A stretch of DNA of 64,000 nucleotides from Vicugna vicugna (lineage: Eukaryota), in contig MU058844.1 of the NCBI GenBank assembly GCA_013265495.1, positions 5,248,344-5,312,343 on the forward strand. The letters are read 5' to 3'. Positions 1 through 14,215 of this stretch are shown here, piece by piece (position 1 is the first letter of the stretch; each line of letters starts with the position of its first letter). The notes beneath the pieces were generated by a model, which worked only from the letters and a program-made list of their open reading frames with translations, had not been told where the DNA came from and did no database searches. The translations under genes and the position numbers were made by a program.

Positions 1-116
1 AAAAAGTGGATATTCAAAGAAAATAGTTGAGGAGAGTCATGTGTGCAGCTGAATGGCACATACAAATTACAGGCAAGGTGTAAAAGATAATTTAAATTCA
101 GATTCAGACAATCAAT

Positions 117-499
117 TGTATTATCTATTTCTGCATATCAAATTACTCCAAAACTTAGTATCTTGAAACTGCGATACGTGTTACATCACTTTCCATTTTT
201 CAGGCATGTGGGCATGGCTTAGCTAGGTCCTGTGGCTCAGAATCTCTCACGAGGCTTCAATAGAAACATCAGCTGCGAATACAGTCATCTTAAACCTTGC
301 TTGGGGAAGGATCTGTTTCCAAGCGCACTCACGTGGCTGTTGGCTGGATTCAGTTCACGTGCTATCACAATAAGGGCCTCAATCCCTTGCTATCTATTAG
401 CTAGAGATTGCTTTTCATTCCTTGCCAAATGGGCCTCTTCACAGAGTAGCTCACAACCTCCAGGCTTGCTTTATCAGAGCAAGCAAGTGATGAGAGAGG

Positions 500-500
<1 letters not shown>
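117..500 (-). mobile_element. MaLR LTR (MLT1F/G-like), partial
   Basis: Contains TGTATTATCTATTTCTGCAT..AAATTACTCCAAAACTTAG..GGCATGGCTTAGCTAGGTCC..TTCCAAGCGCACTCACGTGGCTGTTGGC, matching the reverse complement of an MLT1 LTR 3' part. Confidence 0.8.

Positions 501-502
<2 letters not shown>

Positions 503-534
<32 letters not shown>
503..534. repeat. (AG)16 microsatellite
   Basis: Perfect AG dinucleotide run, seen directly. Confidence 0.97.
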
Positions 535-538
<4 letters not shown>

Positions 539-1609
539 TCAACCACTTTTCAACTTTCAAAGACTGTTTTCTCATCTAAGTGGAGTCATAATACTTTCCT
601 TGAAACATCATGCCGTAAGAAGCATGGCAAGGCATGTACACATGTTAAAAGCATAAGGTACAATGTAAAGAGAAATCAACTATTTTTGCTGTAGTAGTAG
701 TATAATTAAAAATAAATATATAATGGGATGAGGTTTGAGTAAGGAGACTGCAAAGCAATATTTTAGGTTTTAGTAGTAGAAGCTAAAGGTGAAACCTCAA
801 ATTTTGGAAAATACATGCATTTTAAAGTCAACTATTCAATAGAGTGAAGGAAACATTCATTTATTTCAAATATTTCTAAGCACCTTTGCAGTGCCAAGCA
901 AATTAAATATGGTTTCAGCTATAAAGCTAAAATGAGTTTAATTTTCCTTGAGTGTTACAAATAAAATTGAGCAGAAAAAATGCCTTGAAAGAATATTAGA
1001 ATTAACCTAATGCAAAACTCATGTTTTATTAAAATGAAGAGAGGCAGATTTAAAAGTTTACCTAGATCTTATAGTAACAAAGCATCAGAGTCATCCATAG
1101 AATCCTGGCCTCTGATATCTGGGCCACCTTTTTTTTTTTTTAAGAAAGATAGTTGTTTGTATTCTTTTTCAGCAGACTTTTTCTCTGCTGAATATTTTAT
1201 TATTTCTAACAGGAAAAAAATGAATAGTTGTAAAAAGCAACAGAAGAAATAGAATGAATATTTCATTCTAACACCGTAGAGTCAGATTTTTGGTATGATT
1301 CTATCTTCTGAAAAACATTTTAGAGACTTTTATGCCAATATCTCCCTACCTGACTGAAAGTTGTACTGAAAAGTGTTGAAAACCTTTGGCATTACAGTAA
1401 AGCACTATTTGTTATAGATATTACAAAGGGACTGTAGATGTTACTGTGCTTTTCACCTGCACGAGTCCCTCATGAAAGCCAAGAATGAAAATACTTACGC
1501 TTGCTATTTATAGAAGATTTTGCGACAGACATGAATGTTTCCAAGTTAATAGGTGTATGTTAGCGTGGGTATTTGAATGCTGGGTTAAAACTGTTTATTA
1601 TCCCTTGCT

Positions 1610-1770
1610 TCCAGATTGAATTAACCTAGGAAGATTTAAATGATACTGAAGCCTTGGTTCCCATATCTGACCAAACAAATCAGAACCACCGGGGTTGCAG
1701 TCAATGTATAATGGTTTCTAAAAAGTTTTTTAGGTGATTGTAGCAAACAGCTAGGGTTGAGAATTTCTGA
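1610..1770. mobile_element. MER5-type hAT-Charlie MITE remnant
   Basis: Contains ATACTGAAGCCTTGGTTCCCA..AAATCAGAA..AGGTGATT..CAGCTAGGGTTGAGAA, a degenerate MER5A/B pattern. Confidence 0.6.
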
Positions 1771-3757
1771 CTTGTAATAAAGAAGGCATACTCATGTGAA
1801 TTCCGAAACTGTCTAGTCCAAATACTTCCTCCCAAAATGACATCTTCAGTCTTCAGTATTCCAAGACATTCACATTACTTTCTCTTAGAGAGCTCTTTTG
1901 GACTAATGTTTTTGATGGCTTGTAAAGAGTTTCAACATCAAGTTATCAAATTAATGATGTGTCATCACCTGTTAACGTGAAATAGGTGTTATGTTTCTAA
2001 CAGCAAATGCTAGATTAATGTCATTTTAGTCACAAGAAGTTCAAAATCAATTTCAATGCTAATCAGTGGTTGAAAGAATAGATTAGTAACGCAGCGAATG
2101 CCATTACCCTTTCAAGCAATTCTTTTATGCGATGCTCCCTGCTGAAGTGAATATGGTTGTGAGGCAATGATATCATAAAGCAAAGTATCAGATTAAAAGA
2201 AGGAAAGAGAAAAAGATCCAGGAGAAGAAAAAGTTAAAATTTCCTTAGTGAATTTATTTTGTCTACAATACAATATCATTTCAGCAATAGATTGAATGTT
2301 ACTATTTAAAATAAGAATTTCTGTCACATTAAAAATTAGAAGTTGACATGTATGATTTTTGTGCTAAATCATTTTAATTTTAATATAAAATTCTTAAACT
2401 CAGAATTGTTTTTATCTCTACCTCACAATGTGATTTTAGGCTGATATTGCTGTATTTGCCTGGACTATGTTATTTAAGTAACCTAATCAATATAGAGAAA
2501 GCAGCATCCCAATAATATTCCTCAGTGAAAATATGATGTTATTACTCTAGTTCAGTGGTAATATGTAAAGAGCCCAAAGGACATACTCTTTCATTACCAA
2601 TCTCTTATTCATTTCCAGTGTAGGTTTGAAAGATATTCTGTAATTGTATTTAGTTTGTACATCCCAAAATGCTGTCTATGAAGAGAAATTCAGATCCATA
2701 TGAGATTTTCATTTGAAGGAAGTTATTGAAAACCCGATTAAGAAGGAAATCTTTTTGCATGGTGTCTCTCTACTGCAGGGAAGTTTAGCAGAAAAAGTTA
2801 AAAACGTTTTAAAACTTCCTCATTTTGCTTAAAATTCTACTATAAAGCCATGAATTTTATATAATAAATAAAGTATATATTAGAAATCGAACTAGAAAGC
2901 AAAATAATTTGTGCTTCACAAAGTGAACAAAATATGTTGAGGATATTAGCTGCGCAGACTTACAGTAGATAAAATGCAGCATATCCCTTCACATTGGCAA
3001 CATAGTCTTACTTATTTTAAACCATAGTATACGTTACTAGTATTGGGTTCTTGATCATTTCCTATAATGTGTACTCGCTTTTGAGCAATGTCTTCATCAT
3101 GTGATCATTGTGCAGGGGTAAAAGCCAAATAAGAGTATGATTGAAAGGAAATGTCAGGCACTGTCTTAATCCACTCCAGTTTTAAACATTGGATCACACC
3201 ATGGCCATGACCTTTAATCCTCATAGCAAGGCTAGAGTTTATTTTGTGGCTTTTTTTTTTTAACTGAAAAGAAGTCTTAATATTTAATCGTTTAATTTTT
3301 GACCCAGTATCAATTGTCTTTTCCATCCTAATGCCTCCATGTATTGACTCTCTCTATTCCCTTGCATTTTTCATTGCACAATGGTCAATTTGGGGCTTAG
3401 TTTTAAGTTTCTTACAATGCCTTGTCAAAAACAGCTAACAATAAAAATCACATGCTACCAACAAACTTTCTTAACCTCCAGTCACCCAGCACTTTAAGGT
3501 AGATTGTCTGTATTATATGTCTTCCACTTTATTGCTGGCATAATGTACTGAATATTTTCCACTACTAATATAGATACTGTCCCATACTCTGATAACATTG
3601 TTTTTTCCTCACTGCCTGATGCCTGACCCCCTCACTGCCTGTGATGCCACAGATATCATATTGTAATTTGGGGGCAGCTGTCCACTCATAGGTTCTGATT
3701 TCTCTTTCAGACAGAAAGGGCTAAATTGTGCCGTTTTAGAAACACCACAGAAATCTC

Positions 3758-6700
3758 TTTTTTTGAATTAGTAGACTTTATGTTTTAGAGTAATTTTATA
3801 CTTACAAAAAAATGAACAGAAAATATAGAAAGTTCTCCACTGCTCCATCCCCTACCCAGAATTCCCTTTATTATTAACATCTTCCACTAGTATTGTACAT
3901 TCCTTGCAGTTGATGAACCAATATTGGTATGTTATTATTAATTAAACTCTATAGTTTACATTAGGATTCAGTTTTTATACAGTTCTGTGGATTTGGACAA
4001 ATATGTAATATCATGTCTGCCATTACAGTCCATTGCAGTATCACACAAAATAGTTTCAGTGCTCTAAAAACCCCCTGTGCGTCACCTATTCATCTTCCTG
4101 CCCTCCATCTAAGGCCCCGCAACCACTGATCTTATTATAGTCTCTATAGTTTTGCCTTTTAGAAGAGTATATAGTTGGATTCATACAATATGCAGCTTTC
4201 TCCAAGTGGTTTCTTGCATGTATCAAGATTCCTCCATGTCTTGTCTTGAGAGCATATTTCATTTTATTGTTGATAATATTCTATTGTATTTATGCACTGT
4301 AGTTTGTCAAATCACCTTTTGAATTCCAAGGTTTGGCAATTATGAAGAAAGGAGCTTTACATGGTCTAGTGCAAATTGTTGTGTGGATATAAGTTTTTCA
4401 ACTCATTTGGTTAAATATCTTGGAGTGTGATATCTAGGCAACGTGATAAGACTCTTTGGCTTTGTAAGAACCTGCCAGGCTGTCCTCCAAAGTGTCTGTG
4501 TCTTTTTGCTTTCCCACCAGCACCAGATGAGATTTCCTGTTGCACCATATCTTGCTAGCAATTGACGTTGTTACTGTTTTGGATTTTAGCCATTTTAATA
4601 AATGTGTAGTGGTATCACATTATTTTAATTTGCAGTTCTCTAATAGCATGATGTTAAACGTCTTTGAATATGCTTATTTGACATTAGTATATCATCTTTG
4701 GTGAGGGTGTATTCTCGTATTTTGCCATTATTTGGCTGTTTGCTTTCTTATTGCTGAGTTTTCAGTCTTCTTCCATATTTGGATTCAAGTGCCGTATCAA
4801 ACATGTTTTGCAGATGTTTTTCCCACTCTGTGTCTTGTCTGTGAATTCTCTCAACAGTGTTTGTGTGGAGAAGAAATTTTTAATTTTAATAAAGTCTGAC
4901 TTATCTTTTTCTTTCACATATGGTGCTTTTGCTGTTGTATATAAAAAGTCATCTTCAAACTCCAGATTACATAGATTTTCTCCTATGTTATCTTCTTGGA
5001 GTTTTAGTTTTACATTTTCAGTTTAAATCTGTGATCCATTTTGAATCAGTTCTTGTGGAATGTGTTAGGTCTGTGTCTAGATTCTTTTCTGCTTCATGTG
5101 TATGTCCAATTTTTCCATCATTTTTCCTTTTAGACCCTTTATCCATTAAATGGTGAAGAATTGACAAGACAAAGGTGTTTGGGCTAGGGCTAGTAAATTG
5201 TAAAGAAATAACTAGGAAGATAAGGGTTTGTTGAATGAGGTTTGTTTATACATATTTCTCTTGAGCCTGTTGATGTGATGAGTTACATAAATTAATTTTT
5301 GGATGTTGAATCAGTGTTGCATACTTGAGATAAATTCTGAGGTAAATTTCACTTTTTAATGGTGTATAATACATTTTATATATTGTTGGGTTTGATTTGC
5401 TCATATTGTGTTGAGCATTATTTGTGTCTATGTCTATGAGAAATACTGGTCTATAATATTTCTTTCTTGTGATGACTTTGTCTGGGTTTTGTATTGGCTG
5501 TCTCCATAGTACGAATGAGAACATATTCTATCTACTTCTATTTTCTAGAAGAAATTGTAGAGAACTGGTATCATTTCTTCCTTGGACTTCACCAGTAGAG
5601 GCATCAGGGCCTAGTGCTTTCTGTTTCAGTTATTAATTATTGAATTAATTTCTTTAATAGATACATTCCTATTCAGATGATCTAGTTCTCATTGTGTAAG
5701 TTTCTATAAATTGTGTCTTTCAAGAAATTGTTCATTTCAACAAAATTATCAATATTGTCAGCATAAACTGGTCCATAATATTCCTTTATTATTCTTTTAA
5801 GGTCCATGGGTTCAGTAGTAATGCCCACCTTTTATTTCTGATAATTTGAGTCTTCTCTCTTTTTTTATTGGTTAGCCTGGTTAGAAGTTATCAATTTTAT
5901 TTTTTTTTAAAGAACCAGTTCTAAATTTTGTTGATTTTCTTCTATTGATGATCCATTTTTAATTTCATAAATTTCTGATTTATATTTTATTATTTATTTC
6001 TGGATTGTTTTAGATTTAGTTTCACTTTTTTTTAGTTTTAGGTGGAAGCTTAAAGTATTGATATTAGATATCTTTATTTTTTAGTATACACATTCAATGC
6101 TATAAATTTTCTTTAAGCATTATTTTCTTTGTATCTCACAGGTTTTGATAAGGTTCATTTTCATTTTTATTTTGTTTAAACTGTTTTAAAATTACCTCAA
6201 CACATGCATTAATGAGAAGTATGTTGTTTGATCTTCAAAATTTCAGTGTTTTTCAGTTATATTTTTCTAATTGATTTCTAGCTTAATTCTGTTATGCTCT
6301 GAGAGCAAACTTTGTATGATTTCTCTTCTTTTAAATATATTAAGGGGTCTTGTATGGCCCCATGTTTGGCTTATCTTGGTGAATGGTCCCTGTGATTTTG
6401 AAAGAATGTGTATTATGCTGTTATTAGATGAGGTAATCTTTAAATGTCAATTAGATCCAGCTGATGATGGTGCTGTACAGTTCATCTGTATGCTTATTTA
6501 CTGTCTGCTGAGTCCGTGAATCGAAAGGTTTGTGTTGAAGTCACCAACTTTAGTAGTGGATTTCCTTATTTCTCCTTGCACTTCCAGTGTTTTTGGCCTG
6601 ACATATTTTGATACACTACTCCTTGGCACATACACATTATGGATCATTATGGAGATTTGACCCCTTTATCATTATTTAGAACCCCTTCCTACCTCTGATA

Positions 6701-7315
6701 ATTCTTCATACTGTGAAGTTGGGATTGTCTGAAATGAATATATTCAGATTTCCTATGTTTAGTTTTAGCATGGTATATTTTTCTCTATTTGTTTACTTTT
6801 TATCTGTCTTTATATTTAAGGTAGACTTCTTATAAACAACATGGAGTTGGGTCTGGATTTTTTGTTCGGTTTTTAATCCCCTGTGATACTCTCTGTCTTT
6901 TAATTGGTGAACATTGTACCATTCATGTTTAAATGATTATTGATATAATTGGTTTCTATCATATTTTTAACTTATATTCTAAACACTGTTTTTCTTTGTT
7001 TTTTTTCTTCAGCTATTTTTTCTCCTTCTCTGGTTTTAATTTAGTATTTGACTCCATTTTTTTTTCTTTTTTAGCATGCCAATTATGAATCTTTTTAAAA
7101 AATATTTAGTGGTTGCCCTAGAGTGTGAAAGATATTTACAACTAATAATTCCACTTTCCATTAACACTATATGATTTCACTGGTAGTGCAATTACTTTAA
7201 AAGTATTCCCAGTTCCTCCAATTCCTCCCATAATCCCTTTAAAATCACTGTCATTCATTTCACTTATCCATAAGTTATAATCATCTGATACATTATTGCT
7301 ATTATTATTTTGAGC
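3758..7315 (-). mobile_element. LINE-1 (L1MC1/2-like 3' UTR plus ORF2 remnants), internally deleted
   Basis: Poly-T start followed by the L1MC-type 3' UTR (GATGAACCAATATTG..AATAGTTTCAGTGCTCTAAAAACCCCCTGTGC..GCAACCACTGATC) and antisense ORF2. The ORF at 5246-5524 (PDKVITRKKYYRPVFLIDID) resembles the ORF2 'KENYRPISLMNID' region. Confidence 0.9.
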
Positions 7316-9269
7316 TATCATAGTTATGAAGAAGAGAGAAGAGTATTCAGTATATAAAACCCATCAAAGAGTCAGAGTTATTGAGTAGCTTAACACCTAC
7401 TCTGAGCAAGCAAATTGATGACTACAAATTAACCTGATTTAGGTTACCACTCTATCCAGCAACATCAAACATCTTAATATTATCTTTATATTCAATGATG
7501 TGGACCATATATCAATATGATTCAAATTAAAAAGTGTTTTGTTGGTATATCTGTAAGAGCATTCAAACCATATAAGGTTTCTTACATTACTTCACATTAT
7601 TACTTTGAACATTTCTTTTCAAAATGAAACATTACTTTTCATAATATAACGTTTCTGCTAAGGGTATTAATAGTACTGATTTTAGTCATGTGTAATATGT
7701 GAAGAATTTGAAAGTAGTTATTAGCTTCAAAATTTAGTAACAGTGTATGAAATGCATTTGCAATTAAAGTTGGGTGTGATTCTCTGGTATCTTTGAGACA
7801 ACCTGCTTAAAAAAAAAATCAGAATATAATTGTATCATTCAAGATAACCAAGAAAAAGTAATCCAGAATATGGTCACAAATTAGGAGCTGTTCATAGAGA
7901 TAAATAATTCCCTATTATGAAATAATCCCTTCAACATCTATTTACATTTTTCTTAGCACTTGATAATCTTTTTCTGAAAGATGTTTTGATGACAGGTCAT
8001 TCCTTGTTCCTAAACTTTAGAATCCCAAATGTAGACAGAATTTCCAAAGAAACTTTTTTTTTAATGTGTGCTTTTTATATTCTGATTCAAGTGGAATGCA
8101 GTGCAATCTTACCCATTAAATATCCAGAAAAGTTGAAATTTTGGATAACCATATGTTGACCACAGAGGGAGACTATAACAAACACATATTTATTTTTCAT
8201 TTTCACCTTGCTTCAGTAGCTTGGAAGTCCGTTTCAAAAATCTTTGTCTTCTTTGGAGTTCTAGCTTTCATTTGGTTTATGGAAGTTATAATCCTACGTT
8301 AGTGCTATGTTACTGTAAAAATAATTTAAGATTCAGGTAAATATCTCATAAGTAATTTTGTGTACATACCCCTAATGGTGGCTATACATAGTATAAGAAT
8401 GCATCTAGAAAATTTTGCTATGTCTTTTGGTTTCAAGATTTTATAAAATTAAAGCAGTAAATAAAATAATGGGAAAATATTGTCATACTTTTGAATACTG
8501 TGATGATTATTAAACAACCATGATGCAAGACCCAACTACTCCAAGCTAAGAATACAATATATCACCAGGGACAATTATGACTAATTAATTACATAGTAGA
8601 ATGAATTTTTCAATAAAGTATAATTATTGTTTTATTCCTGTGGTTCATGCCTCTGTATAAGCTCATGAAGTGGGTTCTATTAAGTGTAAAATGATCTTTT
8701 GGTTTCTTTTAATAATTAAAACCTATTTTAGAGTAATATCATGTATATATTAAAAAAGATGTATGAAAATGCTTAACAGAGTGTCTGTAAATATAATTGT
8801 TTGCTGACACTCTATTAGAACACTGTAACTTTCCATTGAAATATGTTCTTTTTTCCAGATTTTTATCTACAGTAAAATAAAATTATATTTTCAGTTTAGA
8901 AGAAAATTTGTTCATTGAAGAAATACCAAACTAATGCAGTGAAAAAGAAAAGAAAATCCATTATGAATTACTTTTTAGTGATGATGAATATTTAACACCA
9001 TTTTGAAATGTAGAAGAGGAAGTACTTACTCTTTGAGAAGCTAATTTGGATTTCCTGAAATAAGTAAAGTCTAAGTGAATAGAGCACTTGTGGTTTATCA
9101 ATTACACTATTCTTGCTGTTCTTGCCAAACATACTTGGTATCTGCAACAGTACTGCTGCCTTGGAAATCTCAGAAAAATGTAATATACACTTTACTCATG
9201 TGGTTTTGAGCTTCTCCCTTCTTTTATTTAGTATTTGTGACAAAAGAAATGGCATATTTTCTCCAAAGA

Positions 9270-9480
9270 TATTTTGTTTTCCTCCTGGGCACATAGAAAC
9301 ATTTTCCAGCCTCTATCCTTTCTTCTCATGAAGTTAGGTGGTAGTATGTGACCAATTTCACTTAATAGAATGTGAGAAGAAGACATATACAACACAGACA
9401 AACTGGATTGTAACCTCTCCATTGCACAATTCTCCATTTTCTGTTTTACCTCTTTGGCTGACACCTCCTGGCCATGTATT
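9270..9480 (+). mobile_element. MaLR LTR fragment (MLT1J/K-like)
   Basis: Contains CCTCCTGGGCACATAG..CATTTTCCAGCCTC..AGTTAGGTGGTAGTATGTGACC..AATAGAATGTGAG. Confidence 0.55.
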
Positions 9481-11549
9481 AAGAATATCAGTTTCACAAA
9501 ATGAACAAATAGACAAGGTATGGTTTCCTAATGGCAACCATATGAGATTTTGAGTAAAATTGGAAGTGAATAATCCATTTTGAATGTTAATTCACCAATT
9601 TGTGAATTTGTTTTCTGATACACATTTAGTATTATGTACCCAAAGTCTATATAACTCATTATATTTACATAAGATTTTACGTAGAGTATAATAGGATGCA
9701 ATTTATTCAGTTTGTTTAAGAGATATAATTTAAATCGAATTTTAATTTTATAATGTTTTAAGGAAAGTTTAGTTATATAAAAACATCTAGGGTTTTTTTT
9801 AATGTAATGCATTTGTATTTACTACTATAACACAAAATACATATTATTATATAATTATAGTATTACCTATAATTGTTATATAGACAAGCTGTACAGAGAT
9901 TGTATTCTGATGAATAACTCTCCTACATGAATGATAACTCAGAGATAAACACAGATTAAGTTTGCTGGTCTACTTATATTTTAACTACAGGAGAGGTCAT
10001 TTTAAGGGTTACATAAAATAAACAGTAAGTATAAAACTTCTTCTTACTCCCATAATTTTAGTATATAGCCTTGAAACACTTTCAACATATTTTCTAAGTT
10101 TAACAAGTTCATTAATAATGAAGAATTAGAATTATTTTGTATACTTGAATGTTATCCTTAACCTACAAATTCACTGATCATGGATGTGTCTTACTACCAA
10201 ATCAAATGTCATTTATACTAGGATACCACTGAAAGAACCCCAGTTTAAGAAATTATTCAATTTATGGTTTAGGGAATTACGTAATGTAGGTTTTTGCCAT
10301 GAGAAATAATAAGCTTACCATATATTGTATCTGTGGAAATGAATCACAGATAGATGAAAACAATTTTTTTAATGGCATCAAAGCATTATCCATTTTGGTA
10401 GGATTTTTCTTTTCAGTAGAGTTTTTAAATGTGCTTTTTAGTCACAGTAATTTTATGTAGTTGTCCTCAATGGAATGAAATATGTTTTCTGTTTTATGAT
10501 ATTACTTTGTTCATTGAGAAACACCAATACAGGTGTGTATCTGCTTCAAGCCATGTTATGAATGTTCATTAATAGTGTAATCTACCTAACCACACATAGC
10601 ATGTCCTATGTATAGTATTGCTCAATATATATTATTATAAATATTATATATGCAATCTTGTTTTTAAAGACTTATCAAAAGTAACTAATGGATATATTTC
10701 CACAGCCAATTTTGTGGTGAGCAGACCAAATTGTACTTGTGTCTTAATTAGATAGGAAAATGGACAGGAAGTGCTCTAATTTAAAAATAACATTCTCTAT
10801 GGGGAGGAAAAAAAAGATCTTGAACCAGGCAATTAGGCATATTTCCATTGCTGGAATGGCTCTAAAAATTCATCTCAGGCACTGGTAAAATGAAAAGTCT
10901 TCAAGATAAGTATCAGCCAAAAAAGCTTTGTTATGAGTAGTACAGAGAGTGAAAGCTATGTAATGTTCATATTTATCTTCCAAAAAGTTCTGTAGTTTTT
11001 CTACAATTCAGAGAAATTGTGTAAAAAAGCTTCTATTTTCACACTTCACTGTGAGTATGAAGCCTAATTATAATATTGTCTCTTTTTCTATTTGAATGTG
11101 TCAGTTTTCATATTATGACTTTCACACCTGTACTAGCTGAGATTAAACAGTCATGTCATCTGAGACCACCCGGCAACTAAACTGTGAAAATTAATTTTAG
11201 TTTCACCTAAGCTCAACCCCATGCTGCTTTTCTATTACTCTCATACTAGGATATACGTGACTTTCTCCTACCAAATGGCTTATTTATTGTCATAGACGAT
11301 ACTCTAAAGAGTTGTGGTGACAAACTTTATCTCATATTTCCACATACTTTAATAAACACATTTTATGTGTGAGGGAAGGATATTATAAAATCATTTTTCT
11401 TGTTTCTCATTCACATATATTTAACAGAAACCTTCCTGATGATAAATATTAAACTGTAAAAAATATTAAGGTTAGCTGGCTATATGTGTGGTAATATTAC
11501 ATAATAAACACATAAATGTCTTATATAAGTAGTTAATATTTTTAGGAAA

Positions 11550-13865
11550 AGTTTAAAAATAAGTGAAGTAAAATCTGATAAAACTAAAAGAAAAAATAGA
11601 AAAATCTACAATCATGGTTGGAGATTTAATAATTCTCTCTTTATTAACTGATAGACTAGAACCAAACAATTATATTATCAGGATCTGCAGCTTAATATGA
11701 GCAAATCTGTAAAACACTTCATAAAACAGTATTTAGAATCCACAAGTGTAGAAAAATTATATCATGATTCCTGGAATTCAAGACTGTTTTAACTTTGAAA
11801 ACCAATCAATGCAGTCTATCATATTAATAAGTCAGAGCAAAAGTAATCATTTCACTAAATGCAGATAAATCATCTGACAAAATTCAACAGTATACATGAT
11901 AAGAATTCTCAGAAAAATAGGTTAAGAGAGGGAACTCCCTCAACTTAATAAAATGTAGCTAAAAAAATAGAGCTAGCATTATATTTAACCAAAAATATGA
12001 AATTATTTCTGCTGAAGATCAGGAACAAGTCAAGGATGAATATCTTCACTGTTTCTAGTCAATGTTGTACCATGGTCCTAGGAAGTGCAATAAGCCATAG
12101 AGGGAGACAAAGGGAGACTGAGAGGAAGAGAGAGAGAGGAAGAATGGGAGTGAAGGAAAGGGAGACAGAGCACGGAGTTTGGAACAAAAGGGTAAACCTA
12201 TTTTGTTTATAGAGGATAAGATCAAGTATATGGAAGATCCTAAGGGATCTACAAATAAAAGTTACTGGATCTAATAAACTCTAATGTGGTTTGCCACGTC
12301 ACAAAATGGTAAGTCAATATATGGAAAGTAGTTATATATATGAGCAATTATAAATTAAATTTTAAAAAAACTATCATTTAAGTAGATTTTCATGAAATAA
12401 AATATTAAGGAATAAATTTAATAATGTATATGTGAACTCCATAAACTGAAAACTGCAAAAGACTGTTGACAAAAGGTAACAAATACTGAAATAAGCCAAG
12501 AGTTACATCTGGTTATTTGGTTGGAAGGCTCAGTATGGTTAAGATATAATGTATCCTCAAATAATCTATAGATTCCTTACAATGCCAATCAAAATACCAG
12601 CAAACTTCTCTAGAAATTGACAGGTTATTCCAAAATACATATGGAAAATCTAAGGACGTAGTCAAAACAATTGTAAAAGCAAAGAACAGATTTATAGAAC
12701 TAATGCTATCTAATTCAGTGGCATAGTATAAAAGTATAGTAATCAAGACAGTACACCATTGGCATAAGGATGGATGTATGGATCAATGAAACAGAATAGA
12801 GAGTTCAGAAATAGACCTGCACTTATACAGTCAATTGATTTTAAACAAATATGTGGAAGTGATTCAGTGATGGAAAGCCTACACTTTTCAACAAATTGTG
12901 CCAGAACAATTGGACATTCATAGAGGGAAGATAAACCTCGACCCACATATCACATCATACCCCAAAATTAGCTTGAAAATATATCACAGAACTAAATTTA
13001 AAAGTTAAAACTTGTATTTCTGGAGAAAACAGTGGAGAAAATCTTTGAGATATTAGGTTAGGAAAAGATTGTATTTAACAGACCATGAAAAGCATGAACT
13101 ATAAAAAACATTGTTAAAATTTTGTCATCAAAATTTAAAGCATCTTCCTGAAAATTCTCTCTGTACACAAATATATACGTATATACACACACAAACTTGT
13201 ATCCAGAAAAAAATTTTAACCTTACAATACATTAAAAAGAATACAACTAACCCAGTTATCAATAGGCATATGTTTTTGAACAGATACTTGACAAAAATAA
13301 GTATACAAATAGCCAATATATTCATGGAATGAAATTCAGTATCACTAGTCAGAAGATAAATGCAAATTAAAACTATAATGAAGTACCACTGTAAACCCAT
13401 TATAATGGCAAAAACTGAAGAGGTGGACAATGTTAAGGGTTGATGAGGATATACAGTAACTGGAATCCTTTGGAAAACAGTTTGGAAATTTCTTGTAATA
13501 TTAAATATACACTTAACATACAACCTAGTACTCCTACTGTTTCTTTTCTGAATACAAGAAAACATGCCCATAAAAATAAATACATGCTAGGTGAGTCCAT
13601 TGATCTGAAAGTCTGAAACTGGCAAAACTAATCTGTAGTCGTAGAAATGAGACCATGATTTTCCTGGGCTAAGTGACTGGTGGGGTAGCAAAGCAGTGGT
13701 GGTGATGGTGGTGGTGTGGGAGGGATGGTCTTGAAATGGACTAGAGAGAATTAAATGTTTAGGTTAATGGAATTCTTCATTTTTTTTTTGTTGGTGGTGG
13801 TGGTGGTTACTTGGATATATAAATCTGTCCCAACTAAATGTGTATATGCTTAAAATGGGTTATTT
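11550..13865 (+). mobile_element. Ancient LINE-1 (L1ME-like) ORF2 fragments and 3' UTR
   Basis: A-rich sense ORF2 remnants (ACAATCATGGTTGGAGATTT; GCAGATAAATCATCTGACAAAATTCAAC; GATCAATGAAACAGAATAGAGAGTTCAGAAATAGACC), ending in an L1ME-type UTR (GGCAAAACTAATCTGTAGT..AGAA). Confidence 0.85.
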
Positions 13866-14215
13866 GCCTCAGACAATGTGAAATGTATTAAATGCCAAAG
13901 TGAGACCAGATCTCACTAAACGTTTTCAAAGGAATCAGTTTCACAACTCTTAAAAAGCAAAAATTGTATCACTCCAAAAGAGGAAAAAAAAAGTAAAAGA
14001 ATGACCAGAGGATTTTAATTGGAAGATTATTTTAAAGAAAACAATTCCCATATGATAAACCCCCTCCCCACTACCATATCCATTCACTAAGGAGAGAATG
14101 GGTGGAGGTGCCTTTAAATGTAAAGGGAGAGAGACCACTTGGAGAGCTTGGTTAGAAGTTATTATGGGTTGAATTGTGTCCTCCAGAGGATGCATTGACG
14201 TCTTAACCCCAGGTA

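Noticed and set aside
232..579. 115-aa ORF with an RE repeat
   Set aside because: It reads through an MLT1 LTR and an (AG)n microsatellite.
8975..9062. C/D box snoRNA (ATGATGA...CTGA)
   Set aside because: There is no convincing terminal stem or recognisable rRNA guide, and such motifs are expected by chance.
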